A stretch of 33,481 nucleotides of DNA from an uncultured bacterium (GCA_964516935.1 CAZEZK010000002.1:7416-40896), one strand, 5' to 3'. Shown: positions 10,583-18,474, counted from the first letter of the stretch. A program made the numbers and translations. The notes: generated from the sequence alone by a model not told the origin.

Positions 10583-13500
10583 TTAATCCTCTTGGGTGCC
10601 TTTGAGCTGGAAGCAGCTATAGATCAGACAGGCGATATTGACCGCGATCGCATTGAGAATTCTGTAGAACCAGTAACAGAGCAGCTCGAATGAGGAAAGT
10701 GTAGCCCAACTAGCTTCATATGCTTTAATTTTCTGCTCTACCTTGAGAACAAAACTCGTCAACCCCTCCTGTTTTTGAATAGAAGCCTGAGCGAAAAACC
10801 ACTTCCGATCTGCATCTGTCACACTTTGAAATAGTGCGTTCGCAGTATTATTGGCTTTCACCTCAAACTCCCCGTCAATTTTGATCTTCTGTAGCATATT
10901 TACTAGGTCGTTCCGCGTGACTTTTTTGGCAAAGTTAATGAACTCTTCAATCTGTATTTGAGAGAGTATTGGCGCATCAAACCCCTCTAGAATTTCGACA
11001 GCTAATTGCGGCCGCGAAAGCAGCGCCGCACTAAAGAGCTTGCTCATCAGCGGCGCCGAAATGGGCAGCGTTTTTTTGCCATTATAGGCGGCCCATAGCT
11101 TTTCAAAGACCACCACATCTGTCGCACTCTCCTCAAAAACCGCCTCAATGGTCTCTAAAGTCTGCGCGCGCAGTAGACATCCCGCCTCCTCAGTCAACGG
11201 AAGGGCGAGTTTGTTTCGAAGAACTTCTGTGATTGCATCTATCGAAAGAGGTGCCTTTTTTACAATAATCACCTGAATCAGCGCCTTTACAACAGAAATG
11301 CCACCCGAGCCATCTAACCATGCCAAGCCCTGTAATAGGGCCGGATCAAAATAGGCCCTGTCTATCTCTAAAGTTCGGAGGACTTTCACGAGATGCCCCA
11401 CAATCTTATTGCCTTTGTCTCCAAATCCATCGAAAGGGTAATTTTTAAGAATATTCAGCAGATCTTCTAAGGGAATCTGTAACTCTCGCGATCGCGCATG
11501 CGCGGCAATCGCTTCGACCAGTTCAAATAGCTTTTTCTCTTTTACGCGGTTGGTGAGCTGCACCAGCAACTTCCCAACCATCTCTCCAGTGAGTTGTGAA
11601 GAGGAGAGCAACGCCCACATCCGCTGCGTCATACAATACTCAAACCCCTTCTCCGCGCCAGCATGTCTCTCCTGGAGACCGTAGTCTGGAGCTTCACTAA
11701 ATACAAGCCACTTGTCTAACAAGTCTGTTCCCTCGTTCGCTGTTTGCAATAGAGCAGCTTCCAAATCTGCCGCTGGTACTTGCAACCCGTTAGTAAACGC
11801 TGTAGCAATCTTCGTCTCCATCGAGAAGATATGCGGCGCACCTTCTATAGAGGGAACGCCTTGCCAATGCAATAACGCCAATCCTCGCACCTTCTCCGAA
11901 TGAGCCATCGTTAACATGGACTCAACAAAGAGATGTGGGAGGGAACAGTCTGCCGAAAAGATTTTTACACAATCGGACTCTGATAGATTTGGCTTCAAAT
12001 CAATATAGGCAGCTATCACTTGAGAACGGTGTCTCTTGTTCATCGCATTTATAGAAGCAAGCTCCTGATCAACGAATTGGGCACTCCAGCGCTGACCGAA
12101 CTTCGGCTCGTTGAGAAACCAACTCATTGTATATAATTTCATCAACACCTCTATAAGTGGCGTAAGCTTATTGTCGATATAAAACTGCAATATCTGCTCA
12201 CACAATGGCCTATCCAGCTCAATATCAAGAGTCAATATCAACAGGTCACACTGCTGTTTAAGCATAGGAACCAGCAATGGCCACCTTAAGCGAAGAAACT
12301 TCTCGAGGTCGTTTGGGGTTACAACACCCATCGCATTTTGCTCAACCACCTTTAAAGAGATTTTTCCCGCGAGACGGGGCAACTCCAGAATAATTGCCTG
12401 AAGCCCCTGCTCCGAAATGGCTCTTACGCAGTCAAAGAGATGTCCATTTTCTATTACCTTGCGGATCAGCCATGGATTCTCCTCTACACACTGAGCAATC
12501 TGCTCTGCTGTTGCTGTTCGAAATAGGAAATCGATCGATTGCGTTCGATTCTTCAATGCGCTAGGGTTGAGCAACAGCGCCTTTTCTTCTTTAAAGCTCT
12601 TAGGCTCTTTTTTCCATAAAACTAGCAGCGCTGCGAATGCGGTTGCATCCTTGGGTGCAGCGCGAGCAGAGAGCGTCCAGAGCCGTCTAGCCACGAGATC
12701 GTTGACTCTTTGTGCGTGAATGTCGCGGTTGTTCCAGGCTCGAGCATGGCGTTCCTGAGCTCGATGCATCTGCTCGCGGATGTCATGATCATCGGGATTC
12801 TGACCATGAGCATCCTCTAAACGCATCGCTTCTGCATGAAGCTCATCAACATTGCCGAGCTCATATCGCCCTTCATCGCATATAAGTTCCATCACACCGA
12901 GACTGCTATTAATAAATCCATAAGCTAACCGCTGCAGCTGCAAAACAGAGCTCCAAAATGTTCTCAAGAGCTCGTATAGAGGACGATACTGTTTACAAAT
13001 TGCATAGTCGATGCTTCGCCTTGCCAATTGCTTATTTTTGTCTCTAAGAGCCTCACGCGCGTTTTGAAGCTCTTCGCGTTTTTGAATCAAATCGTTGCAT
13101 TTTTGTTTCAACTCTTCACGTTCCGCCTGCAAAAGGTTCAGCCGGTTTGTATCCAAATGAGCTGTCTTGAGACAAAATTGAAAAATCTGATCTTCCAGAA
13201 TTGCTCTGTGCGCTTCAACATCCTCAATCGCTTTCGAATTCTCGAATAGCGGTTTTTCCATATCGATAAAATGCTGAACCAGAGATTTTTCCTGCGCAAT
13301 CCTTGCGACAAAATCGCTCAGCACCGTTTCAAGGAAATCGGGCCGATCTTGATCGATCAGTAATTCAAGGAGCTGCGGAAAGAGTCCTCCGGATGGTTTC
13401 GGATGTCCACACAAGAGATAGCCTATCCAACTCGCAAGTATCGCGCGTTCACCTACTGTGAGCATGCCTTGATACCCATCGACCCAAGCCTGAATCGTCT

Positions 13501-13810
13501 TTGTCTGAAACTCCTCTTTCGTCAGCAGCAGTGTCGGCGCAGGAAGAAGGGTTTTGTCAATGGCGATCTCGCTAAATAGCGGATCTACTGCGTTTTTACG
13601 CAAGAAGTGCTCAATCTTACAATTAAGAGGAAACAGCTGCATCCTCCAGGATTGGCTCATCGATTCGCGAAACAATTGGCGAACCACTTCTTGTATTGTC
13701 TTGGATGTAGCCTGGTAAGCTATTACATCTAGAGGATCAAGAAATGTTATAATATGGCCTTGCAGATCCGACATACTGAGTACAATATCGCGCGCGCGCG
13801 GAGAAATCAT
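10583..13810 (-). CDS. large (1075 aa) mostly helical protein with an F-box-like N-terminus, a coiled-coil segment and a C-terminal tail-anchor helix
   Basis: Residues ~13-50 read SDLQGHIITFLDPLDVIAYQATSKTIQEVVRQL and fit the F-box pattern L-x-x-x-I-x-x-(F/Y)-L-D-x-x-D-(L/V)-x(5)-V/T-S-K-x-(W/I)-x-x-(L/V)-V. The coiled-coil-like run is LNLLQAEREELKQKCNDLIQKREELQNAREALRDKNKQLARR. The last 33 aa, LLCYWFYRILNAIAVNIACLIYSCF-QLKGTQED, form one hydrophobic helix plus a short polar tail. Confidence 0.8.
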   Translation of the reverse strand: MISPRARDIVLSMSDLQGHIITFLDPLDVIAYQATSKTIQEVVRQLFRESMSQSWRMQLFPLNCKIEHFLRKNAVDPLFSEIAIDKTLLPAPTLLLTKEEFQTKTIQAWVDGYQGMLTVGERAILASWIGYLLCGHPKPSGGLFPQLLELLIDQDRPDFLETVLSDFVARIAQEKSLVQHFIDMEKPLFENSKAIEDVEAHRAILEDQIFQFCLKTAHLDTNRLNLLQAEREELKQKCNDLIQKREELQNAREALRDKNKQLARRSIDYAICKQYRPLYELLRTFWSSVLQLQRLAYGFINSSLGVMELICDEGRYELGNVDELHAEAMRLEDAHGQNPDDHDIREQMHRAQERHARAWNNRDIHAQRVNDLVARRLWTLSARAAPKDATAFAALLVLWKKEPKSFKEEKALLLNPSALKNRTQSIDFLFRTATAEQIAQCVEENPWLIRKVIENGHLFDCVRAISEQGLQAIILELPRLAGKISLKVVEQNAMGVVTPNDLEKFLRLRWPLLVPMLKQQCDLLILTLDIELDRPLCEQILQFYIDNKLTPLIEVLMKLYTMSWFLNEPKFGQRWSAQFVDQELASINAMNKRHRSQVIAAYIDLKPNLSESDCVKIFSADCSLPHLFVESMLTMAHSEKVRGLALLHWQGVPSIEGAPHIFSMETKIATAFTNGLQVPAADLEAALLQTANEGTDLLDKWLVFSEAPDYGLQERHAGAEKGFEYCMTQRMWALLSSSQLTGEMVGKLLVQLTNRVKEKKLFELVEAIAAHARSRELQIPLEDLLNILKNYPFDGFGDKGNKIVGHLVKVLRTLEIDRAYFDPALLQGLAWLDGSGGISVVKALIQVIIVKKAPLSIDAITEVLRNKLALPLTEEAGCLLRAQTLETIEAVFEESATDVVVFEKLWAAYNGKKTLPISAPLMSKLFSAALLSRPQLAVEILEGFDAPILSQIQIEEFINFAKKVTRNDLVNMLQKIKIDGEFEVKANNTANALFQSVTDADRKWFFAQASIQKQEGLTSFVLKVEQKIKAYEASWATLSSFELLCYWFYRILNAIAVNIACLIYSCFQLKGTQED
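10585..10607. repeat. left copy of a 23-bp perfect inverted repeat (33 bp with 3 mismatches); partner at 18371-18393
   Basis: The sequence aatcctcttgggtgcctttgagc at 10585-10607 is the exact reverse complement of gctcaaaggcacccaagaggatt at 18371-18393. Here it encodes the last codons of the F-box-like gene (..LKGTQED*). Confidence 0.9.
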
Positions 13811-13858
13811 CCTGATATGATCGCACTAATGCGAGAATTTAACGAATAAAATTATTTT

Positions 13859-15061
13859 TTAATACAATAAATAGTTCTGTCTTTTTTTCAAGAAAAGCCG
13901 GCGCTCCTCACGATCTAGAGCAATAAGCTTGTGGGCAGGGTATTTTTCATTGAGAAGGATCTGATAGACGGCTGCAGTTCCATTAGCCTTGTGGAAGAGC
14001 TCTCTAGAGCCCCCTTCGATGCGCTTAAGCACCTCTTGAGGGTAAAGACTTTTTAAAATCCCCATAAGGAAGTACTGGACCAAAAGAGGGCGGTAACGTT
14101 TTTCATCGGTGATCTGAATTAGGATCCCTTGACAGTCAGCGCCCTTGTAGAGACCGAAAAAGGGACGGAAAAAGAAGGGCTGGAAGTGGACTCCAGGCAT
14201 CTTTTGACGATTGAGGGCATCGGCAAATTCCTGTGCGCAGATCCAGGGGGCACCGACAATTTTAAAGGGCAACGTATAGCCAATACCGACATTAACGAGC
14301 GAAAGGCCGCTAAGAAGTCCTGTAGAGGAGTAGAAGTGGGGAGTATCTGGCTCGGGGATGTTTGGACTAGGCGGCACCCAGGAGAGGCCAGTGTCGCGAT
14401 AGCTCATCGACCGGTTCCACCCTTTCATGGAGATCACGCTGAGATCACAATGAATCTGGTATTCGGCATTGAAGAAACGGGCTAGCTCACCAATCGTCAT
14501 ACCGTGGCAGTAGGGCACTCGAATATACCCGATGAAGGAGCGATAGCGCTCTTCGAGAAGTGGGCCATCAACCAACTCGCCATTGATCGGGTTAGGTCGG
14601 TCGAGGACAAGAACTGGAACGTGCGCTTTAGCAGCCTCTTCCATTACATAGAAGAGCGTGGTTTCGTAGGTGTAGGAACGAACGCCAATGCTCTGCACAT
14701 CGTAAATGAGAAGGTCGAGATCGCGCAGCATCTCCGCGGTGGGACGTCGGAGGGCGCCGTGCAGACTGTAGACAGGAACGCCATGAAACTCTGTGTGAGC
14801 CACCTTATCGTCAGCATATTCGTGACCGAAGAGACCATGCTCTGGAGAAAAGAGCGCTACTAAGGTGAATGTCTTCTGCTCTAAAAAGCGCTGCACGGTG
14901 GAGCGCATTAAGCGATCAACGCCAGTGTGGTTGGTGATAAGACCAACGCGCTTTCCCGCGTATTTCTGCGCATGACCTTCATCGAAAAAGATCTCCACAC
15001 CGGGAATCACTTCCGAATGGAGCAGATTTATGGAGAAAACTAGCAAGAAAAGAACGCGCAT
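13859..15061 (-). CDS. namZ: DUF1343 family protein, NamZ-type exo-beta-N-acetylmuramidase candidate, with a signal peptide
   Basis: It is 400 aa. The N-terminal signal-like sequence is MRVLFLLVFSINLLHS. The family hallmarks are VGLITNHTGV, LFSPEHG, IYDVQSIGVRSYTY and VLDRPNPING, which I recognise from the YbbC/NamZ (DUF1343) family. Confidence 0.8.
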   Translation of the reverse strand: MRVLFLLVFSINLLHSEVIPGVEIFFDEGHAQKYAGKRVGLITNHTGVDRLMRSTVQRFLEQKTFTLVALFSPEHGLFGHEYADDKVAHTEFHGVPVYSLHGALRRPTAEMLRDLDLLIYDVQSIGVRSYTYETTLFYVMEEAAKAHVPVLVLDRPNPINGELVDGPLLEERYRSFIGYIRVPYCHGMTIGELARFFNAEYQIHCDLSVISMKGWNRSMSYRDTGLSWVPPSPNIPEPDTPHFYSSTGLLSGLSLVNVGIGYTLPFKIVGAPWICAQEFADALNRQKMPGVHFQPFFFRPFFGLYKGADCQGILIQITDEKRYRPLLVQYFLMGILKSLYPQEVLKRIEGGSRELFHKANGTAAVYQILLNEKYPAHKLIALDREERRLFLKKRQNYLLY

Positions 15062-15109
15062 CTCTACATAGACTGGAAAAATTTCCCTTTTTGCACAACA
15101 CTGTTACTC

Positions 15110-16030
15110 GTGGCCTTGGATCGCATTTGCATAATTTTACTAAATTGGAATGGAAAAAGCGATACGCTCGAGTGTCTTGCCTCTCTATCTAAAGTGGAGT
15201 ATCGCGCCTTTCAGCCGATTGTCGTCGATAACGGCTCTACAGATGACTCTGTTGCGGTCATTCGCAATTCCTATCCGAATATCCCTATCCTAGAAACAGG
15301 CGCCAATTTGGGATTTGCTGGAGGAAATAATGTCGGCATCGAGTTTGCTCTAAGCAAATCGTATAACTGGATCTTGCTACTCAACAACGACACGATTGTC
15401 TCTCCCGATGTTCTCACCGCATTTATCGATGCCTCCAAAGAAAAACCAACCGGGAAAATTTTCGGTGCCAAGATCTTCCGTTACCATGAACCAGAGAGCA
15501 TTGATCATGTCGGCGGCATGTGGGATGCCTCTAGAGCTCACTTCATCTCTCTTCTGAATGGGGATGAGATGGCTCGCGTCGACTATGTTTGCGGCGCTGC
15601 GCTCTTCGCACACCGCTCCGTTTTCGAGGAGATTGGACTTCTAGAATCGCGCTTTTTTCTCTTCTGGGAGGAGAGCGACTGGTGCAGTCGCGCCACGCAA
15701 CATGGCTACGAAATCTGGACGGCACCCAAAGCAAAAGTATGGCACAAGGTCTCAGCATCCTTCACCGGAGGAAAACCGCAGATATACTACTTCTGGTGGC
15801 GCAATCGCCTCTTCTGGATAGAGCGCAACTGCACGCCGCAAGAGCGCAAGAAGATCTATCGAAATGTCTTGGTTCCTGAGATCCGAAAATTAGTTCGACT
15901 CTTTCTACTGCGCTCATTGCAGCGTCTCCTATTACATCCCTCTCCGCATCTACTGAGTTATCGAGGCAGTCTTGCTGGTATCCGCGACTACTATTTACGC
16001 CGATTCGGCAATCCCTATGCGAGGAAATAG
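15110..16030 (+). CDS. family 2 glycosyltransferase (WbbL/rhamnosyltransferase-like)
   Basis: It is 306 aa with a GTG start. It reads ILLNWNGKSDTLECLASL, VVDNGSTDDS, NLGFAGGNNVG and LLLNNDT, the standard GT-A/GT2 motifs. It is divergent from namZ across a 48-bp spacer. Confidence 0.85.
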   Translation: MALDRICIILLNWNGKSDTLECLASLSKVEYRAFQPIVVDNGSTDDSVAVIRNSYPNIPILETGANLGFAGGNNVGIEFALSKSYNWILLLNNDTIVSPDVLTAFIDASKEKPTGKIFGAKIFRYHEPESIDHVGGMWDASRAHFISLLNGDEMARVDYVCGAALFAHRSVFEEIGLLESRFFLFWEESDWCSRATQHGYEIWTAPKAKVWHKVSASFTGGKPQIYYFWWRNRLFWIERNCTPQERKKIYRNVLVPEIRKLVRLFLLRSLQRLLLHPSPHLLSYRGSLAGIRDYYLRRFGNPYARK

Positions 16031-17018
16031 ATATCTTCACTGGATTGACCGCTATATTGGCATCCTCCTCGTCACCTGTCTACGCCCCTTTCGTCGTCAT
16101 AAAGAGCAGCCGCACCACATCACATCGATCGCACTCTTAAAAAGCGCAGCGATCGGCGACACAGTTCTCCTCAGCGCAATCATCTATGATCTACAAGCCG
16201 CCTTCCCCTTTGCAAAGATTACCTTCTTTGCCGGCCCCTCCAACTACGAAATGGCTCAACTAATCTCAGGAATCGAGGTGCTTTCAGTAACGCAGCTGCG
16301 CACAAGAAGCTTCTCTCTCTGGATCGATTGCGACTCTTGGCCTCGCATAAATGCGCTCCTCACCTTCTTCTCACGGTCAGCCTATCGCATCGGCTTCAAT
16401 ACCCCACATCAGTATCGTCACTTTCTCTACGATCTTGCGATTGCACATCGCAGTGATCGCCATGAGCTCGAAAACTACCGAGATCTGCTGCGAGCACTCG
16501 ACATCCCTACAACACATCTCCCCAAGATTTCGCTTCCCAACACAATAAGCATAAAAAAACGCATCATACTCCACCTCTATCCCGGAGGTTCACGTGCAAA
16601 AGAGAAGATGTGGAGTGAAAGCTCTTGGAGAGAGCTGATGAGCTTTCTCAAGGAGAAAGGCTATGAAGTAGCTCTTACAGGCAGCGCTAAAGACCATGCG
16701 GCACTCAATACCTTCCCTGACGGAAGCAATGCTGCAGGCCTAAGCTTGCGCCAAACAGCAGAACTGCTCCTCTCGTCTCATTGCGTTGTCTCTATCGACA
16801 CGGGTATCATGCACCTCGCCGCCGCCCTCGGCTGTCGAGTCATTGCCCTCCACGGCCCCACCTCTCCTGCTCGCTGGGGCGCCATCGGCCCTCGCGTCAC
16901 CACAATCACCCCTCCCCCTCCCTATATCCCTACAATCTCATTAGGCTTCGAAAAATCAGACACCATCCGCTGCTCCACGAAGACCATCCCCCCAAAGATT
17001 GTTAAGGAAATTATTTAG
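16017..17018 (+). CDS. family 9 glycosyltransferase (heptosyltransferase-like)
   Basis: It has the GT9 signatures LKSAAIGDTVLLSAIIYDL (N-terminal) and VVSIDTGIMHLAAALGCRVIALHGPTSPARWG (C-terminal). The track ORF opens at 15972 with a non-ATG start. I prefer the in-frame ATG at 16017, which gives a 14-nt overlap with the GT2 stop. The 3' end is unambiguous. Confidence 0.8.
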   Translation: MRGNRYLHWIDRYIGILLVTCLRPFRRHKEQPHHITSIALLKSAAIGDTVLLSAIIYDLQAAFPFAKITFFAGPSNYEMAQLISGIEVLSVTQLRTRSFSLWIDCDSWPRINALLTFFSRSAYRIGFNTPHQYRHFLYDLAIAHRSDRHELENYRDLLRALDIPTTHLPKISLPNTISIKKRIILHLYPGGSRAKEKMWSESSWRELMSFLKEKGYEVALTGSAKDHAALNTFPDGSNAAGLSLRQTAELLLSSHCVVSIDTGIMHLAAALGCRVIALHGPTSPARWGAIGPRVTTITPPPPYIPTISLGFEKSDTIRCSTKTIPPKIVKEII

Positions 17019-17062
17019 TCTATTTCGGATTAATTGCAGATAAGCGTAGACTAGACACCCTA

Positions 17063-18352
17063 ATGTTTATCAATAATTCAGAATCAATTCAGAAGCGCAC
17101 GCAGCCATTGAAGCTGCAAGTAAATAATCCGTTTTGTCGGAGCAAGATCAACCAACTTTTGTTAGAAGCTGTAGACCAATCGAATGTAAAAAACTGCTAT
17201 AAGCTGTTAGAAAATCGAACTGTTGATTCTATTCCTATCGAAGAGTGGCACAAGATCAACTTCAAAGTGAACGGTTTTGAAATCATCTATCCAATGATTC
17301 ACTTCGCTCGTAAAAACGGTCGACAAGACCTCCTCTCGATTTTTATTGGTTCACGCAGTGGCTGTCTAGGGGACTTTCTACTCGATGCGATCGACAAATT
17401 CGATCTAGAAGTCTGCGCAGAAATCCTAAATGATCCCCACTGCCTCTCCATTCCGGCCGAAAAGTGGCTTCAAATCAACGCCAAAATAGTTGATAACGAG
17501 ATTGTCCATTTGGTCATTCTATTCGCCCATAAAAACAATCAGCAAGATCTCCTCGTCCTTTTGATCGGCTCGCGCAGGGACTCTTTGGGACACCTGTTAC
17601 TCGATGCTGTTGACCGATCTAATCTGGAAGTTTGTTTTGAGATACTCAAAGACCAGAATGTCTGTTTCATTCCAATCAAACTATGGCACGAGATCGGCGC
17701 TAAAATAGCTGACACCAACATCTTGTATCTAGCTCTCCATTTCGCTTGCGAAAATCAGCGCCGAGACATCGCCTCCATTATTATCAACTCATACAGTGGC
17801 TCGCTAGGAGAGGTGTTACTTGAAACTCTAAACCGATCGAACCCGACGGTCTATTTTGCAATATTAAACCATCCAAATGCCGGTTCTATTCCCCTCGAAA
17901 TGTGGCGCACAATCAAACTCCAAGTCAAAGATCCCACGCTATTTTATCCGATTCTTCGGTGCGCCAGCAAAACCGGTCGAGAAGATGTTCTATCCCTTTT
18001 TATCGGCTCCTACAATGCGCTGGAGTACATGAAGCTCTGTCTTCTTTGCCTGAATGATCTAGTCACTTTGACATCAGTTCTTCACTTCGTAACAAAGGAA
18101 CATCTTCCCGGTCATAATCGTCTTGCTATCCTATATTGGGCCAATCAGGGCGATGTTGGAGAGGTAACTCAATTGATCGATGAAGGAATCTCGACAGAAT
18201 GTTACGAAACGATTAGTTACCTTCTAGACGCCCATGATTTTGGAGAAAAAAAAGGGAAGTTTTTATATATTGTTGAACAACGCTCTTCCAAATGGATAAA
18301 CAGAAAACATGCAGAGGAAGTACTGGCACGAGTAAGCCCCCTCTCATTTTAG
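17063..18352 (+). CDS. tandem-repeat protein with ankyrin-like double repeats (429 aa)
   Basis: It has four consecutive 73-aa units. Each is of the form LL(E/D)A(V/I)D.SN.EVC.EIL......IP...W..I..K........L..FA.KN.(R/Q)QDLL.L.IGSR...LG. The LLxAVxxxNxxxxxxLL and xLHFAxxxxxxDxxxxLI halves resemble ANK helix pairs. A further ANK-like segment, AILYWANQGDVGEVTQLIDEG, lies near the C-terminus. Confidence 0.8.
   Translation: MFINNSESIQKRTQPLKLQVNNPFCRSKINQLLLEAVDQSNVKNCYKLLENRTVDSIPIEEWHKINFKVNGFEIIYPMIHFARKNGRQDLLSIFIGSRSGCLGDFLLDAIDKFDLEVCAEILNDPHCLSIPAEKWLQINAKIVDNEIVHLVILFAHKNNQQDLLVLLIGSRRDSLGHLLLDAVDRSNLEVCFEILKDQNVCFIPIKLWHEIGAKIADTNILYLALHFACENQRRDIASIIINSYSGSLGEVLLETLNRSNPTVYFAILNHPNAGSIPLEMWRTIKLQVKDPTLFYPILRCASKTGREDVLSLFIGSYNALEYMKLCLLCLNDLVTLTSVLHFVTKEHLPGHNRLAILYWANQGDVGEVTQLIDEGISTECYETISYLLDAHDFGEKKGKFLYIVEQRSSKWINRKHAEEVLARVSPLSF
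17159..18013 (+). repeat. 4 x 219-nt (73-codon) in-frame tandem repeat inside the ankyrin-like gene
   Basis: The motif LL(E/D)(A/T)(V/I/L)(D/N) recurs at residues 33, 106, 179 and 252, an exact 73-aa period. Copies are diverged at the protein level, so this is an old duplication rather than a slippage-prone repeat. Confidence 0.8.
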
Positions 18353-18370
18353 GAGTCTATACTCCTTCCT

Positions 18371-18393
18371 GCTCAAAGGCACCCAAGAGGATT
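18371..18393. repeat. right copy of the 23-bp perfect inverted repeat; an out-of-frame relic of a ...LKGTQED* gene end
   Basis: On the plus strand, 18363-18395 reads TCC TTC CTG CTC AAA GGC ACC CAA GAG GAT TGA = SFLLKGTQED*. This is the same C-terminal peptide and nearly the same DNA as the F-box-like gene end (CFQLKGTQED*). It sits 11 nt after the ankyrin-like gene stop, in a different frame. That frame has a stop at 18333, and no start codon lies between 18333 and the relic. Confidence 0.85.
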
Positions 18394-18408
18394 GATTCAA
18401 AGCCTCGG

Positions 18409-18474
18409 GGTTGGATTACCGCTAATGGGGGTAGTATTGAGTTTAATACAACCCCCATTAGCGGTAATCCAACC
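18409..18474. repeat. 66-nt near-perfect palindrome (long hairpin) in the intergenic region
   Basis: Arms 18409-18432 (ggttggattaccgctaatgggggt) and 18451-18474 (acccccattagcggtaatccaacc) form 24 perfect bp. One A/A mismatch (18433/18450) follows. Then come 5 more bp (gtatt 18434-18438 with aatac 18445-18449) and a 6-nt loop gagttt. No U-tract follows. Confidence 0.85.

Noticed and set aside
15972-16016. The upstream non-ATG start for the GT9 gene, giving a 59-nt overlap with the GT2 gene.
   Set aside because: The first 15 codons add no conserved sequence and create a long overlap. The in-frame ATG at 16017 is preferred, though the longer form cannot be excluded without homolog alignment.
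18246-18253. The A8 homopolymer near the 3' end of the ankyrin-like gene, as a frameshift route to the LKGTQED tail relic.
   Set aside because: I translated both alternative frames downstream of the run. They hit stops at 18297 and 18274, before reaching the relic, so a single slip cannot reconnect the tail.
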